The translations under genes were made by a program, and so were the position numbers. DNA of 64,000 nucleotides, taken from the NCBI GenBank assembly GCA_951406725.2, contig OX597821.1, positions 67,022,001-67,086,000 of the forward strand, in the 5' to 3' direction. The stretch's first letter is position 1. Each line of letters opens with the position of its first letter. Under the pieces are notes generated by a model. The model saw only the letters and a program-made list of their open reading frames with translations, ran no database searches and was not told the DNA's origin. The stretch is from Octopus vulgaris. Taxonomy: Eukaryota. This document shows, in pieces, positions 1 through 12,489 of this stretch.

Positions 1-1271
1 ATAACAGAAAAAATAGATGTCTAGTGTGCGGTGTTTCAAGGATAGAATTTGAGAAAGTATATTCTCAGATTATTGCAATATCTTATTTGATGTGAGATTT
101 GTGTAAACAACTTCGGGAACTAAAACTCTGGTGCCGAAACAAGCTCAACACTAATAGCGAACGTCTGAAAACATTCTAAATGTATTGGACTAAGAAGTGT
201 AACTCCGTATGAGAAGACATACCTGATAAGCACGACCATACCCACCAGTCACAGCCCAATAATGCAGGCTTGATCAGAAATAAGCTGTATCCATAACAGA
301 ATTGTTTTCCTTGAGCCATGAGTTTGCTGGTCGGCGTTTAACTTTTTGACATTCATTTCATTTCCCAAATCCACTCGCAAAGACCTACATTAGCATATAC
401 TTGTCAAGAAACAAATTAGAATTCAAATTCAGACTTTACCAATCATTTAGAGCTCCACTTTTGTAATCAGACTCTAACATTCGAAACTCACAAATATTCA
501 CTTTCTTGCAGAGTTAGATCTATTTACTGATTTCAGACTATTTTATTATACTTTGTTAACATTTTCAACATTTTTTTTTACCTCTGTATAATATTATTTA
601 AATTTCTAATCTTTGACACAAGATTCGTTGTTGTTATGCACTTCAAATTACTAAATATATATTTAATATATACATTAATATATTTCTTCCCTCGACACAA
701 ATGAATATGCTATGTATATAAATTTATAGCATAATTAATCTTTCTAATTGCTTTCGTTAGCTTTTTTCATCTTGATTAAATAAGAATTTTTATTACTGTA
801 TATGACTTTTTCAATATAATAATTAATACAGTGTTTGATTATATTTCCTTTGTATCATCATGTACCTCAATTAGGTGTTTCGTTATATTGTTAAATTCGA
901 TATGTTGTAAAACATTTTATTACTATGAGGTAAAATTCATTATACACCGGTACAATTAATCTGGCTCTCCAATAAATTTACACGAAGGATATCACTATCA
1001 TTTCGTCCCCTAACATGTTAAGAGGTCAGTCTATATTTGGACCACGTATATCATTATTTAATTATTCATTTTTGACTTTTGATTTAAGTACGATTATAAC
1101 TATAATTTTCTGTAATTATTACCACTAATCTGCTCTAATTCACAACTATATATTCACTAATCTTGAAACATTCTGTAAACAATTCATCGACATCAGTGAA
1201 ACTTGAAGCCTTACTATAACGTATATCAACGGGTGTATAAACATATCTTTTATCGCCTTGTTTAAACTTAT

Positions 1272-1684
1272 GTACTCTTTTTCTTGTTTCAGTCATTTGA
1301 CTGTGGCCATGCTGGAGCACCGCCTTTAGTCGAGCAAATCGACCCCAGGACTTATTCTTTGTAAGCCTATTCTATCGGTCTCTTTTGCTGAACCGCTAAG
1401 TACGGGGATGTAAACACACACGCATCAGTTGTCAAGCGATGTTGTGTGCGTGTGTGTGGGGCATACACAGACACACATACACACAAACATATACGCACAC
1501 ATACATACATACACACATATATATATACACATATATACGACGGGCTTCTTTAAGTTTCCGTCTACCAAATTCACTCACAAGGCTATAGTAGAAGACACTC
1601 GCCCAAGGTGCCACGCAGTGGGACTGAACCCGGAACCATGGGGCTAGTAAACAAGCTACTTATCACACAGCCACTCCTGCGCCT
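1272..1684 (-). mobile_element. tRNA-derived SINE, family A (internal microsatellite, LINE-like 3' tail)
   Basis: Reverse complement reads AGGCGCAGGAGTGGCTGTGTG...GGTTCCGGGTTCAGTCCC (A/B-box-like head)...GGCGGTGCTCCAGCATGGCCACAGTCAAATGACTGAAACAAG. Colinear with copies at 38951 and 58259, with a small internal deletion. Confidence 0.9.
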
Positions 1685-1688
1685 ACAG

Positions 1689-1728
1689 TGGAGACGCTGG
1701 GGATTGAACCCGGAGTCTTTCACATGTA
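1689..1728 (-). pseudogene. 3' half of a tRNA-Ala-like sequence
   Basis: Reverse complement TACATGTGAAAGACTCCGGGTTCAATCCCCAGCGTCTCCA: T-arm CCGGG-TTCAATC-CCCAG and acceptor strand ending TCTCCA as in eukaryotic tRNA-Ala. The 5' half is absent. Confidence 0.6.
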
Positions 1729-1880
1729 TTGATGCCTAGTTGAAATTTAGCCTTTAAATTTTCGGTTGGATCATCTCTAACATTTCGAAAGATTTTGTTA
1801 ATACATATTCATATACAACTCATATATTCACTCACAGCTTTTTCGCTTTGTCTAGATTACATATAACAAATTACAATGAG

Positions 1881-1924
<44 letters not shown>

Positions 1925-2463
1925 ATATTCATATATATGCGGCACCCCATCATAGCCGCAATTTATATGAGTGGATCAAATAAAAGAATAAACATACTTA
2001 CATACCTACATATGTATATATATAACTGAATAGTCTTTCTCGTTACTTTAAAAATCTCGAATAAAGGAATTGGCCAAGCCCAGTTATGTAGTAAGTACGT
2101 TCAGAGTTAATAATAAATGAATACACACATAGACATGCACCCGCAAGCACAAACATAAACACAGACGCACAAGCAGATGCCTGCCCACGTACTCAGACAT
2201 ACGCGCGTACACAAACGCACGCACGCACAGATATACACATATGTATATATGTATACAGAGGTGATTACAATATCAGAATTCAGTTAGTTTTAAAAAGCAA
2301 CGCTTGATAAATTTGCATCGATTAGGATATATAATTGCATACAGAGCATTGAGCGGTTGGTGCAGCAGAAACATCTGTTGGTCACTGTTATATATGTTGT
2401 AGAAAAATTTTTAATAAAACAAGTTTTGTGTGTGAATAAATCTCCACCCTCTTTATTTTCAAG

Positions 2464-2506
<43 letters not shown>

Positions 2507-2508
<2 letters not shown>

Positions 2509-2731
2509 AGGCGCGTGGTTTAGTAGATAGGGTGTCAGCATCATGATCGTAAGATTGTGGTTTCGGTTCCTATCCCGGACGACGCGTTGTGTTCTTGAGC
2601 AAAACACTTCATTTCACAATGCTCCAGCCCACTCAGCTGGGATGGACTGGCGTCCCGTCCAGCTGGGGAACACATACGCCATTGAAACCGGGAAACCGGG
2701 TACATGAACCTGGCTAGGTTTTAAAAGGGTT
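2507..2731 (+). mobile_element. tRNA-derived SINE with CORE-like block and GATGGACTGGCGTCCCGTCCAG module (family B)
   Basis: tRNA-like head, GTGTTCTTGAGCAAAACACTTCATTTCAC block shared with the 18741 copy, and a 3' module shared with the adjacent 2741 element. Confidence 0.8.
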
Positions 2732-2740
2732 CATTTATTG

Positions 2741-3040
2741 GGAGGCGCAATGGCTCAGTGGTTAGGGCAGCGAACTCGCAGTCGGAGGATCGCGGTTTCG
2801 ATTCCCAGGCGTTATGTGTGTTTATTGAGTGAAAACACCTAAAAGCTCCACGGGGCTTCGGCAGGGGATGGTGGCGACCTCTGTTGTACTCTTTCGTCAC
2901 AACTTTTCTCTCACTCTCTCTTCCTGTTTCTTGAGTAACGCTGCGATGGACTGGTTCCCGTCCAGCTGAGGGAAACACATACGCCACAGAAAGCGGGAAA
3001 ACGGGCCCATGAGCCTGGCTAGGCTTGAAAAGGGTGGCGT
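2741..3040 (+). mobile_element. tRNA-derived SINE, family C head with family B tail
   Basis: GGAGGCGCAATGGCTCAGTGGTTAGGGCAGCG...GGTTTCGATTCCC head and about 150-bp body match 17972-18355. The 3' part matches 2640-2731. Confidence 0.85.
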
Positions 3041-3360
3041 TTATCATTTATAGATATATATATATATCTTCCACTATTCGTTGTACATAGATTTATAGAA
3101 GACTTCATGTTCGAAGTCTTGGACATATACTGTACCACACGAAAGGCTGACTTTTTAATATAAAAGAGGCACGTAGCTTGATATTTTCTCTTAATTATGT
3201 CCCCGAAATACTCAATCTACAATAAAGTTCCTTGAAACAGAAAGCTGAGTAAGCGCATTCAAAATTATGTGTGAAGGAGTTAATGGAAATTATTTGTGCG
3301 TTTTTGCGTATCTGTCTTACTCTCAACATAGTAGTAGATGGACACACGGACACTTGCGTT

Positions 3361-3464
<104 letters not shown>

Positions 3465-3593
3465 TACGTGTGTGTGTGTGTATGTGTATGCATATACCTA
3501 CGTATATATATATGTATATATATATATATCTGTATCTATCTGTCTATCTATATGCACATATATATATAGTCATATATATATATGCATATGTGT

Positions 3594-3692
<99 letters not shown>

Positions 3693-4141
3693 CATACATA
3701 CCTACATATATATATATGTGTGTGTGTGTATGTATATAGTTATTTGTAATCATTTAATAGTCCAACACAAACCATTCCATACTTCACATATTTGGTTCTG
3801 GCGATAAGAAATCCACATTGCCTCCGTCCTCCCCTCAAGCATACACACACACATACACACTCACATACAGTCACACGCACACACACATTACACCATCGGA
3901 ACAAATATCCATGCAATATACAAATTGACTTATCAGGAAATTGCGGACCAAAGCCCATGTGATACGATTGTGAAGTATCTGGATTTTGTCTGAGAAATCT
4001 GCAAATTGTGTTTAGTAGATGATATAATAGCATTAGAAAGATATTTAAACATAATAAATGTCATTCTGCACCCTGCAATTGTCGGCAAAATAATATATCT
4101 CCGTGTATATACGTGTATGTAGGTGTATGTATATAAGTATG

Positions 4142-4232
<91 letters not shown>

Positions 4233-4261
4233 ATATATGTATATATATATAAGTATGTATA

Positions 4262-4313
<52 letters not shown>

Positions 4314-4613
4314 CATACATATATATATATATATTTATATATATATATGTATATACATATATATATGTATATATGTATATATATATGTGCTTGTATGTGT
4401 TTGCCTGTCTGTTTGTATATATATATATATATATGTATCCATATGCTACAATTATGGGTATTATGTATTATATATTATGTAACATGTATATGCCTGTAAA
4501 CGTGTACACGTATGCGTCTGTTTCAGTGTGACTGTTCACGTGTATGAGTATGCGCCTGTAAGTGAGCACTCGGGCGCGTTTGTGTGTGTGTGTGTGTATG
4601 TATGCTCTCGCTT

Positions 4614-4656
<43 letters not shown>

Positions 4657-5760
4657 GTGCGTGTGTGCGTGTGTGTCTGTGTGTGTGTGTGAATGTATCT
4701 TACGTTATGTATTACATTATGTATTGACATTATAACGGAATGACCTATTGACCATTATATATTTTTTCTTTCTTTCCAATTATGATATTTTCCCTACGTA
4801 ATGGAGAGAAAATAAGTTAGAAATGTCTGCGGTCATATATTAATATATGCATAGCTCTTGATTCAATGTGTTTTGTTTTATCTCACAAATGATTATACAG
4901 CAGTTTCGTTGGTTGCATATTTCCAGCAGACGAATCATTGGTTCTCTAAGTTTCTTAGTCCTCAAGACCCATGACAATCTCTGTATATCTCTGTTGAAGA
5001 GATATTGCATCAAATTCCAGGTGAACCGATTTTATTCTTGCTTACATACCCCACCAAACGATATCATTGCGACTATAGGTAAAAGATCAGAAATTTTGCG
5101 GGAGGAGTCTGGTCGATTTCGTCGACCCCGGTGTCCAATTCGTTCTTGTTCTATCGACTACAAAATTTAGTTGTTAAACAAGGAGAAAGTAAATTAAGAA
5201 TTAATAAAATTCATGATTTTCTACAAATTTGAAAACCCGTAGAATACACGAACAGATTTCTTTGGTTCTTTCTTTTTTTTTTTTAGATTTTCTGGTTATG
5301 CTTTGTCTCGATATGCAATACGAACTGGTTATTTGTAAAGATCTTAATAAAACTTATATAAAAGTTGTTTCCACTCATATACGAAAAGTAATTATTCGAC
5401 ACAAATTATTATTCATGTTAACGTAATAAACATCAAGTTTTTAATATTGGGGGAAAAGCCGTTTCGTTAAAGACTGCATAATAAAGATATGTATTTCCCA
5501 GTAATCTCAACTGTCAGACATTTTGAGACTGAAAGTAACCGTAAAAGATCATGAACAGCAGCAAAGATAACGAGAAGAATAACACGATGGCTTTATAAGA
5601 CAAACAGCAGGCTGTAATTTAGACAAGAGAATTCGAAGAAGAATTTTCGATAAGTCGGCCGACGTTCGTGATACATCTCACACTGGAGAAATACAGGCGG
5701 TTCAAACGACAGTGTTTATCTCTTGTAGAGAGTTGCGTGAAATATTATTAAAAACGTGTC

Positions 5761-6078
5761 ATATATACGACGGGCTTCTTTAAGTTTCCGTCTACCAAAT
5801 CCACTCACAAGGCTATAGTAGAAGACACTCGCCAAAGGTGCCACGCGGGGGGACTGAACCCGGAACCATGGGGCTGGTAAACAAGTTACTTATCACACAG
5901 CCACTCCTGCGCCTACAGTGGAGACGCCGGGGATTGAACCCGGAGTCTTTCACATGTATTGATGCCTAGTTGAAATTTAGCCTTTAAATTTTCGGTTGGA
6001 TCATCTCTAACATTTCGAAAGATTTTGTTAGTACATATTCATATACAACTCATATTTTCACTCACAGCTTTTTCGCTT
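5761..6078. repeat. Local duplication of 1531-1848 (SINE A 5' part, tRNA-Ala half and unique flank)
   Basis: Base-by-base colinear at offset 4230 with only a handful of substitutions, including the same SINE-internal deletion. Confidence 0.95.
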
Positions 6079-6221
6079 CATCATTGTTGTTGTCGTGGTT
6101 GTCGTGGTTGTTGTGGTCGTTGTCAATCTCGAGGAGCATTTTACTCCTGCCAAAACATCATCGCTACATTATTTACATTATTTACAATTGACGAATATTT
6201 GTCCTCATCTTGTTTGTTGTT

Positions 6222-6267
6222 AACACAACGTTTCGATTGATATACTCTCCAGCCTTCATCAGGTGTC
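6222..6267 (-). ncRNA. Minimal type I hammerhead ribozyme motif
   Basis: gacac-CTGATGA-a-ggctg-gagagtatat-caatc-GAAAC-GTT-gtgtt. Stem I pairs; stem II has one mismatch. Confidence 0.65.
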
Positions 6268-6597
6268 TTGGGGGAAATTTCGAACCTGGTTTTTCATTCC
6301 TGTTATTCGATGTTATTATTTAGATTGTTTGAAAGACGAGCTAGTTTTTGATGGAGTTTCTCTATATGTCTCCATTGAAGTCTAATATCAGCTCCGTACC
6401 GATCAGACAATACAGTTCTATATTTAAGAGATGAGGAATTATGTACATTATTTACATTATTTACAATTGACGGATATTTGTCCTCAATGGAGACATATAG
6501 AGAAAGCCCATCAAAAATTAGCTAGTCTTTCAAACCATCTAACTAATAACATCGAAAAATACCTTAGAAATGAGAAACCAGTTCGAAATTTCCACAC

Positions 6598-6643
6598 GAC
6601 ACCTGAGGAAGGCTGGAGGGTATATCAGTCGAAACGTTGTGTT
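6598..6643 (+). ncRNA. Minimal type I hammerhead ribozyme motif
   Basis: gacac-CTGAGGA-a-ggctg-gagggtatat-cagtc-GAAAC-GTT-gtgtt. Stems I and II pair; palindromic AACGTT stands in place of stem III. Confidence 0.7.
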
Positions 6644-6860
6644 AACAACAAACAAGATGAGGACAAATATCCATCAATTGTAAATAATGTACATAATTCC
6701 TTATGTTTTAAATATAGAACTGTATTATAAACATCGCTATCTTCGCGTCAAATATATCGTTAAGTGCCAAGAACCTTTATCTCGTCAATATCTGGAGACA
6801 ATTGTCTTACACTTTGTTAACGATGATAACAAATTAAGGATACTTGCTTTTTCATGTATT

Positions 6861-6941
<81 letters not shown>

Positions 6942-6948
6942 CAGCAGC

Positions 6949-6980
<32 letters not shown>

Positions 6981-7392
6981 GAGGAGGAGGAGGAGGAGGA
7001 GGAGGAGGAGGAGGAAGAGGGGGGAGAAAATTAGGGGAGGAGGAGGAGGGGAGGAGAGGAGGAGAGGAGGAGAAGAGGAGGAGAAGAGGCAGAGAGGAGG
7101 AAGAGGGAAGTAGGAGGAGGAGGGGAATTGGGAGGAGGAGAGGAGGAAGAAAGGAAGGAGGAGGAGGAGGGGTGTTGGAGGAGTGGAGGAGGGGTGTTGG
7201 AGGAGTGGAGGAGAGGATGGGAGAAGGAAAATGGGATGAAGAGGAGAGAAGGAGGAGGAGGAATAGGAGAGGAGGAAGAGAAATAAGAAGAAGAAGTGGA
7301 GGAAGAAGAAGAAGAAGAAGAAGAAGAAGAAGAAGAAGAAGATGAACAACAACAACAATACAACAACAACAAAACAACAACCACAACCAACA
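6861..7392. repeat. Compound triplet microsatellite (TAG)n-(GAG)n-purine-rich-(AAG)n-(AAC)n
   Basis: Directly visible; explains the poly-S/V/G/R/T ORFs. Confidence 0.95.
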
Positions 7393-7837
7393 CAAGGATA
7401 GCAGCTTCAAAACTAATAATATTAGCAACTGACGTAAAAGCGAGTATATTGGCGTTGAACACGTGATTATAGGCCAGCGATATACTCTTCAGCTCCACAT
7501 TGTTAAATAGGCGCGTTGTGTCGTTAAAATGGCACCAATTTATTATTTGTCGTTGGAATAATAGGTGGATGGAGCACTTGTGACAGCTGATGAAATAAAT
7601 TTTACATGTTCAATCCCTATCCGATATTATTGCCACCGGAAGAGGGCTCAGAAAGATGATGCATCAACACTGCAATATCTTCTGTGAGTCGTACTTTAGA
7701 AGGGTTAATGAATAATTGTGGGATCTAACGTACTTGGTAATCCGTCTGCTTGGTCATTGATGGTGTGCAGATACGCACCAAAAACTAAAATCAACAATGA
7801 CCACAATAAGAACTAATTGATAATATATACTAGAGTT

Positions 7838-8240
7838 AAGACGGCGAGCTGGCAGAAACGTTAGCAAGCTGGGCCAAATGCTTTGTGGTATTTCGTCCGC
7901 CGCTGCGTTCTGAGTTCAAACTCCGCCGAGGTCGACTTTGCCTTTCATCCTTTCGGGGTCCATAAATTAAGTACCAGTTACGCACTGGGGTTGATGTAAT
8001 CGACTTAATCTGTTTGTCTGTCCTTGTTTGTTCTCTCTGTGTTTAGCCCCTTGTGTGTAGTAAAGACATAGATATTTCGTCTGTTGTTATGTTGAGTTCA
8101 AATTCCTTTTGGGATCGATAAATTAAGTACCAGTTGCATACTGGGGACGAGATAAATGACTACCCCCCTCCTCCCCCAAATTTTCGGGCCTTGTGCCTAG
8201 AGTAGAAAGGAATCGTTAGCACGCCGGGCGAAATGCTTAA
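7838..8240 (+). mobile_element. tRNA-derived SINE family F (Nin-domain-like), dimeric arrangement
   Basis: GGCGAGCTGGCAGAAACGTTAGC head, GAGTTCAAA B-box, GCCTTTCATCCTTTCGGGGTC-ATAAATTAAGTACCAG block resembling the Nin domain, followed by a 5'-truncated second unit. Confidence 0.85.
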
Positions 8241-8293
8241 AGGAGAATTCCTATAAATTTTAATTGTGCTTCATTTATAAGACTGCACTATAT

Positions 8294-8520
8294 AAGGCGG
8301 TGAGCTAGCAGAACCTTTAGCTTGCCGAGCAAAATGCTTAGCGGTATTTCGTCCGTCTCTACGTTCTCGGTTCAAATTCGCCAAGATTTACTTTGCCTTT
8401 CTCCCTTTCAGGGTTGATAAATTAAGTACTGGTTGCGTATTGCGGTCGATCTAAGCGAGTAGCCCGTTACCCCAAAATTTCGGGCCTTCTGCCTAGAGTA
8501 GAAAAGAATCACTAGCACGC
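8294..8520 (+). mobile_element. SINE family F
   Basis: Colinear with the 7838 and 56245 copies. Confidence 0.85.
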
Positions 8521-8692
8521 GTAGATCTATGAACGGAGGTCCTTAGGTGTAATCCTGTGTATATCCATGTGGGTGAAAATCCTGATATAGTAAACATCCG
8601 AAGAAAAAGAAGCGAACGTATCAACGTTCAATAACAGAACATACCTAGCGTACCTATTTGTTTAGATTACCAGTGAACTAAACTCCTATACT

Positions 8693-8751
<59 letters not shown>

Positions 8752-9722
8752 GTATGTATATATGTATATATATATATATGTATGTAAATATATGTATATA
8801 TATATACATATATATATATATATTTACATTTATATATACACACATACATATTTGTGTGTGTGTTCTCTATTAACATACGTCGTAGACTACTTTCGCCTGT
8901 ATTTTTTTAAAGCGTAGGTAATTGAAATATTGGACCCGGCCGCACCAGTTATAGACACCACCTGCTTTAAACATAAATTATTTCACGTTGATTCTATTTC
9001 GAAATCAATAAGTATGATAGAAAAAATAAAATACATAACGAAAATTTAGATACCTTCCCTATAAGTTTTGGCCTTGTCCTTTTAACATTATATGATCGAT
9101 AAAATGAAGTACCAGTAATATACTTGCTTGAGGCAAATTTTGCTCATGATCTGTGAGTGCATGCATATGTTAGAACGTTAGAAATCAATAAATAATGTAC
9201 ATACGAAAGTAAGGCGTATATGGTGAACTTAATCCCAGAATATCGAATATCCGTACGACAGGGCAAAAATGACATAGTTATGAGTTCTTTCAAAATAAAG
9301 TGAATCATAAAAGGATAATTAAGTATTCTTCTTTTATTCGTTTCTTCTTAATCAAATGGTGAGGAATAGGGTTTCACTTTGAGACTGTATGCCTATGGGC
9401 GAAACAAAAGGAAACATGGCCATTAGTCCATATTTGATAGCTTGAGTGAAATGTTATGTTCTGTTTAGCAGAATGCTATTTTCTGACACTCTACACGACA
9501 GCCACATTTTAAAGAGTAAATATTACTGAAGGTAATATTAGTTAAATGGATTGCAAATGGCATTCAGCTTTATTGGGACTGAAGCAGGTGTAAAATTAAG
9601 ACATATTAGAGATAATGGAAATTTGACGTGTATAATCTATGCCTATATACATATATATATATATGTATAGCTATTTATTTACATATATATATATATGCAT
9701 ATGCGTTTATGTATGTGTGTGC

Positions 9723-9791
<69 letters not shown>

Positions 9792-10520
9792 TGGATGTGT
9801 GAATGTGTCTGTGGTGTATATACATGCATATACATATATTGGGGCACATGTGAAAGAGTGAGGATGAGAGAAACAACAGCGGACATCAGGCAGGGAATGC
9901 TTGTGTAGGAGAATGATGTGTCTTGTTATATTATTTAACAGATGATGCAACACAAGGTGTAAAACGAATAATAGGTTACAGTGGTTGTCAATAATATGTC
10001 ACTGCGCGTATTTAACTTTGAGACATGCAAAGTTCAGAGTTTAAATCAAATGCATTTTGCTACACGAGATATTACAATGTTTCTTTATTAGAGGCTGGTT
10101 GACGTATATGTTATGTATTCTTCTTCATACACGACTTTTGCTTTAACACGCTGAATAGGTTTGTGGATTTGTTAGAATGTCGTGCATAAAATATAGTTTT
10201 AATGACTGATATGGTAATACGGATTAATTAAAATGTGTTGCAATTGTGAGTCGAAGAACGGACTAAATACACTGAATCAGCAATTGCATTGTACAAAACA
10301 TATTCTGGCATATAATAATGTGTCCATTATCCTTTTGGCAATTGTTACAACTGAAATGATATTCAATCACATTTGTAAATACATTTTCCAAGTTACATGT
10401 AGTAATATAGCAATACTTTGGTTTGTAAAGACTGAAAAAGAATCTCAGAAAGTATTAGTTAAACTAGAGTAATTGTGTGCTTCTCTTTCAAAATGCGCGG
10501 CTTCATTTTGATGCAATATA

Positions 10521-10575
<55 letters not shown>

Positions 10576-11074
10576 TTTGCGTCTCTCAAATTGCAACACC
10601 ATAAAAATGCTAGTAGAAAGTGATGCACAGAAGCAATGCTAGAAACTTCAGAGTTGTTAAAGCTTTACCTGTGACATTTTCAAACTTCCTGATGAACATA
10701 AAGGAAGGCGCTGCAAGTAGTTACCTAAAGGGAATAAATAGCATATATTGTTGGATTATCACTGAAGATATTACCCCTGTAATAAGCAGCTGTCCAAAAA
10801 TGACAACTCAATATTATGAGACACGTACTGACCGAAACAATACAAAATGCAATTCAGAGAAATAATGGTTATAAAATTCCAAAGAAAAGACATTTATTAT
10901 ATGTATAGCATACACAATCATATTATGAATACGTTTGGAATGTTCCTTGTCAAACCTCTTTAAATTGTGAATACAAAGACCAGACATTGACCTCCTGGTA
11001 AAAGTTATATATTTTGTTTAGTAGCAGAAATAAATTGTCAGGTAGATATTAATATACTGTTCATAATCCTTTCT

Positions 11075-11440
11075 TCTGCAGGCACAAATTTTGGCTCAGG
11101 GAGCTAGTCCATTACAACGACTCCAATGTTTAACTACTACTTATTTCATTGGACACGAACGAATGTAATGCAAAGTCAACCGCGGCAGAATTTGAACTCA
11201 GAACATAAAGAGGGACGAAATACTTAGCGACTTTTCGTCCGGCGTGCTAACAATTCTGCCAGCTCGCCGCCAAATAAACTCTGTATTATTAGGCGGTGGG
11301 TTGGCAGAATCGTTAGTTTGTCTAACATTTTGTGGGGAGCACCTAGTCGGGGGCAATTTGAACTCAGAAGGCTAAATACGCTTAGTCACACTAACTAACG
11401 ATTCTGCTTAGCCCGACTAATTCACGATTCTGCCAACCCT
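11075..11440 (-). mobile_element. SINE family F (minus, to 11271) plus adjacent degenerate fragments
   Basis: GAATTTGAACTCAGAAC...TTCTGCCAGCTCGCCGCC is the reverse complement of the family F head. Confidence 0.75.
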
Positions 11441-11924
11441 GCATAGTGTTAATAGTAACAATTAATACCATATGAGCACAAGTATAGATCTAATGAGAAA
11501 ACTGCAAATATTACGTCAAGGATATAAATTTAGAATTATACTTGTGAGTATTAAGTCAATTTGGTTTCTAAGAAAATCCCTCAGATTTAATCCCAAAACA
11601 GCTAGAAAATACAACGCTGTTAAAAAATAATGGTTATGATATATTAATTGAACAGTAAAAATACGGAAAGCATTCTATTACCGTACCCATATAATATAAA
11701 ACATGCTTTTCTATCTACATATAACATATGTATGTTTAGACATAAGTCAAATGAAACAAATTCGCATATGCAATATATATACACATATAAGCTCAAATAA
11801 ACAACAGCACATACATTATAATTAATTAGATTTTTAAAACTAATATCAATGGAAGAGAAAAAGTTGTGTCTGTTTGGGGGATTACGTTTGCCAATATTAT
11901 AGATAAATTTAAGGCAGTAATATG

Positions 11925-12145
11925 GCGAGAAAAATACCCCTAAGCATTTTGTCCGGTGTGTTAACAATTCTGCTGCTAATCAGATTGCCTTTCTCAACGT
12001 TCTGAGTTCAAATTCCACCGAGTTCGTTTTTGCTTTTCATCCTTGCGGTTTCGATAAAATAGGTACCAGTTCATCAGTGGGGTCGATGTAATCGATTTAA
12101 ACCCTGCCTATAAATTGCTGGTTTTGTGCCAAAATATGAAACCAA
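11925..12145 (+). mobile_element. SINE family F fragments
   Basis: TTCTGAGTTCAAATTCC...TTTCATCC...GATAAAATAGGTACCAG...GGGGTCGATGTAATCGA. A short minus-strand piece precedes it. Confidence 0.75.
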
Positions 12146-12489
12146 AATTTCAAATTAATTTTAAAAACATGTGTAAAGTATATATAACTGGTTTACTGTA
12201 TTGATGAGTAATACTGAATTATTATTACATATTAAAGAAAGATATAATTTCTTTTATCCAAACATGTGGAGAGAAGAAGTGTAAGGGGAGATAAAGTGAT
12301 AGCCCTATATATGGTATGTAATGCTTTTGTGAGAAGGAAATGTTAAAGAAAAAATGTAGAAAGATAGTGTAAGATATAGTAATGTAAAGGGGATGTGATA
12401 GTAATGTAAAACTTGATAGATATAGTAATGTAAAGGGGAGAAACAGAAAATCCAAATCTAATTTTTTTATTATTAATTATTTTGCATAT

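Larger units (their letters stand above)
6165..6728. mobile_element. Inverted pair of Penelope-like terminal-repeat (pLTR) fragments
   Basis: 6165-6378 is the reverse complement of about 6484-6691, and 6409-6486 is the reverse complement of 6657-6726. Each long arm has a hammerhead motif. CATCGCTA flanks both ends (6159-6166, 6732-6739). Confidence 0.8.

Noticed and set aside
5480-5760. KRIRRRIFDKS... resembling a hAT transposase C-terminal region
   Set aside because: Too short and degenerate to support without a search.
6431-6730. 99-aa non-repetitive ORF
   Set aside because: Spans the junction of the inverted pLTR-like element; no recognisable domain.
10668-10723. Possible 56-nt minus-strand exon (GNYLQRLPLCSSGSLKMSQ) with AG/GT borders
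   Set aside because: Weak donor, no recognisable peptide; expected by chance.
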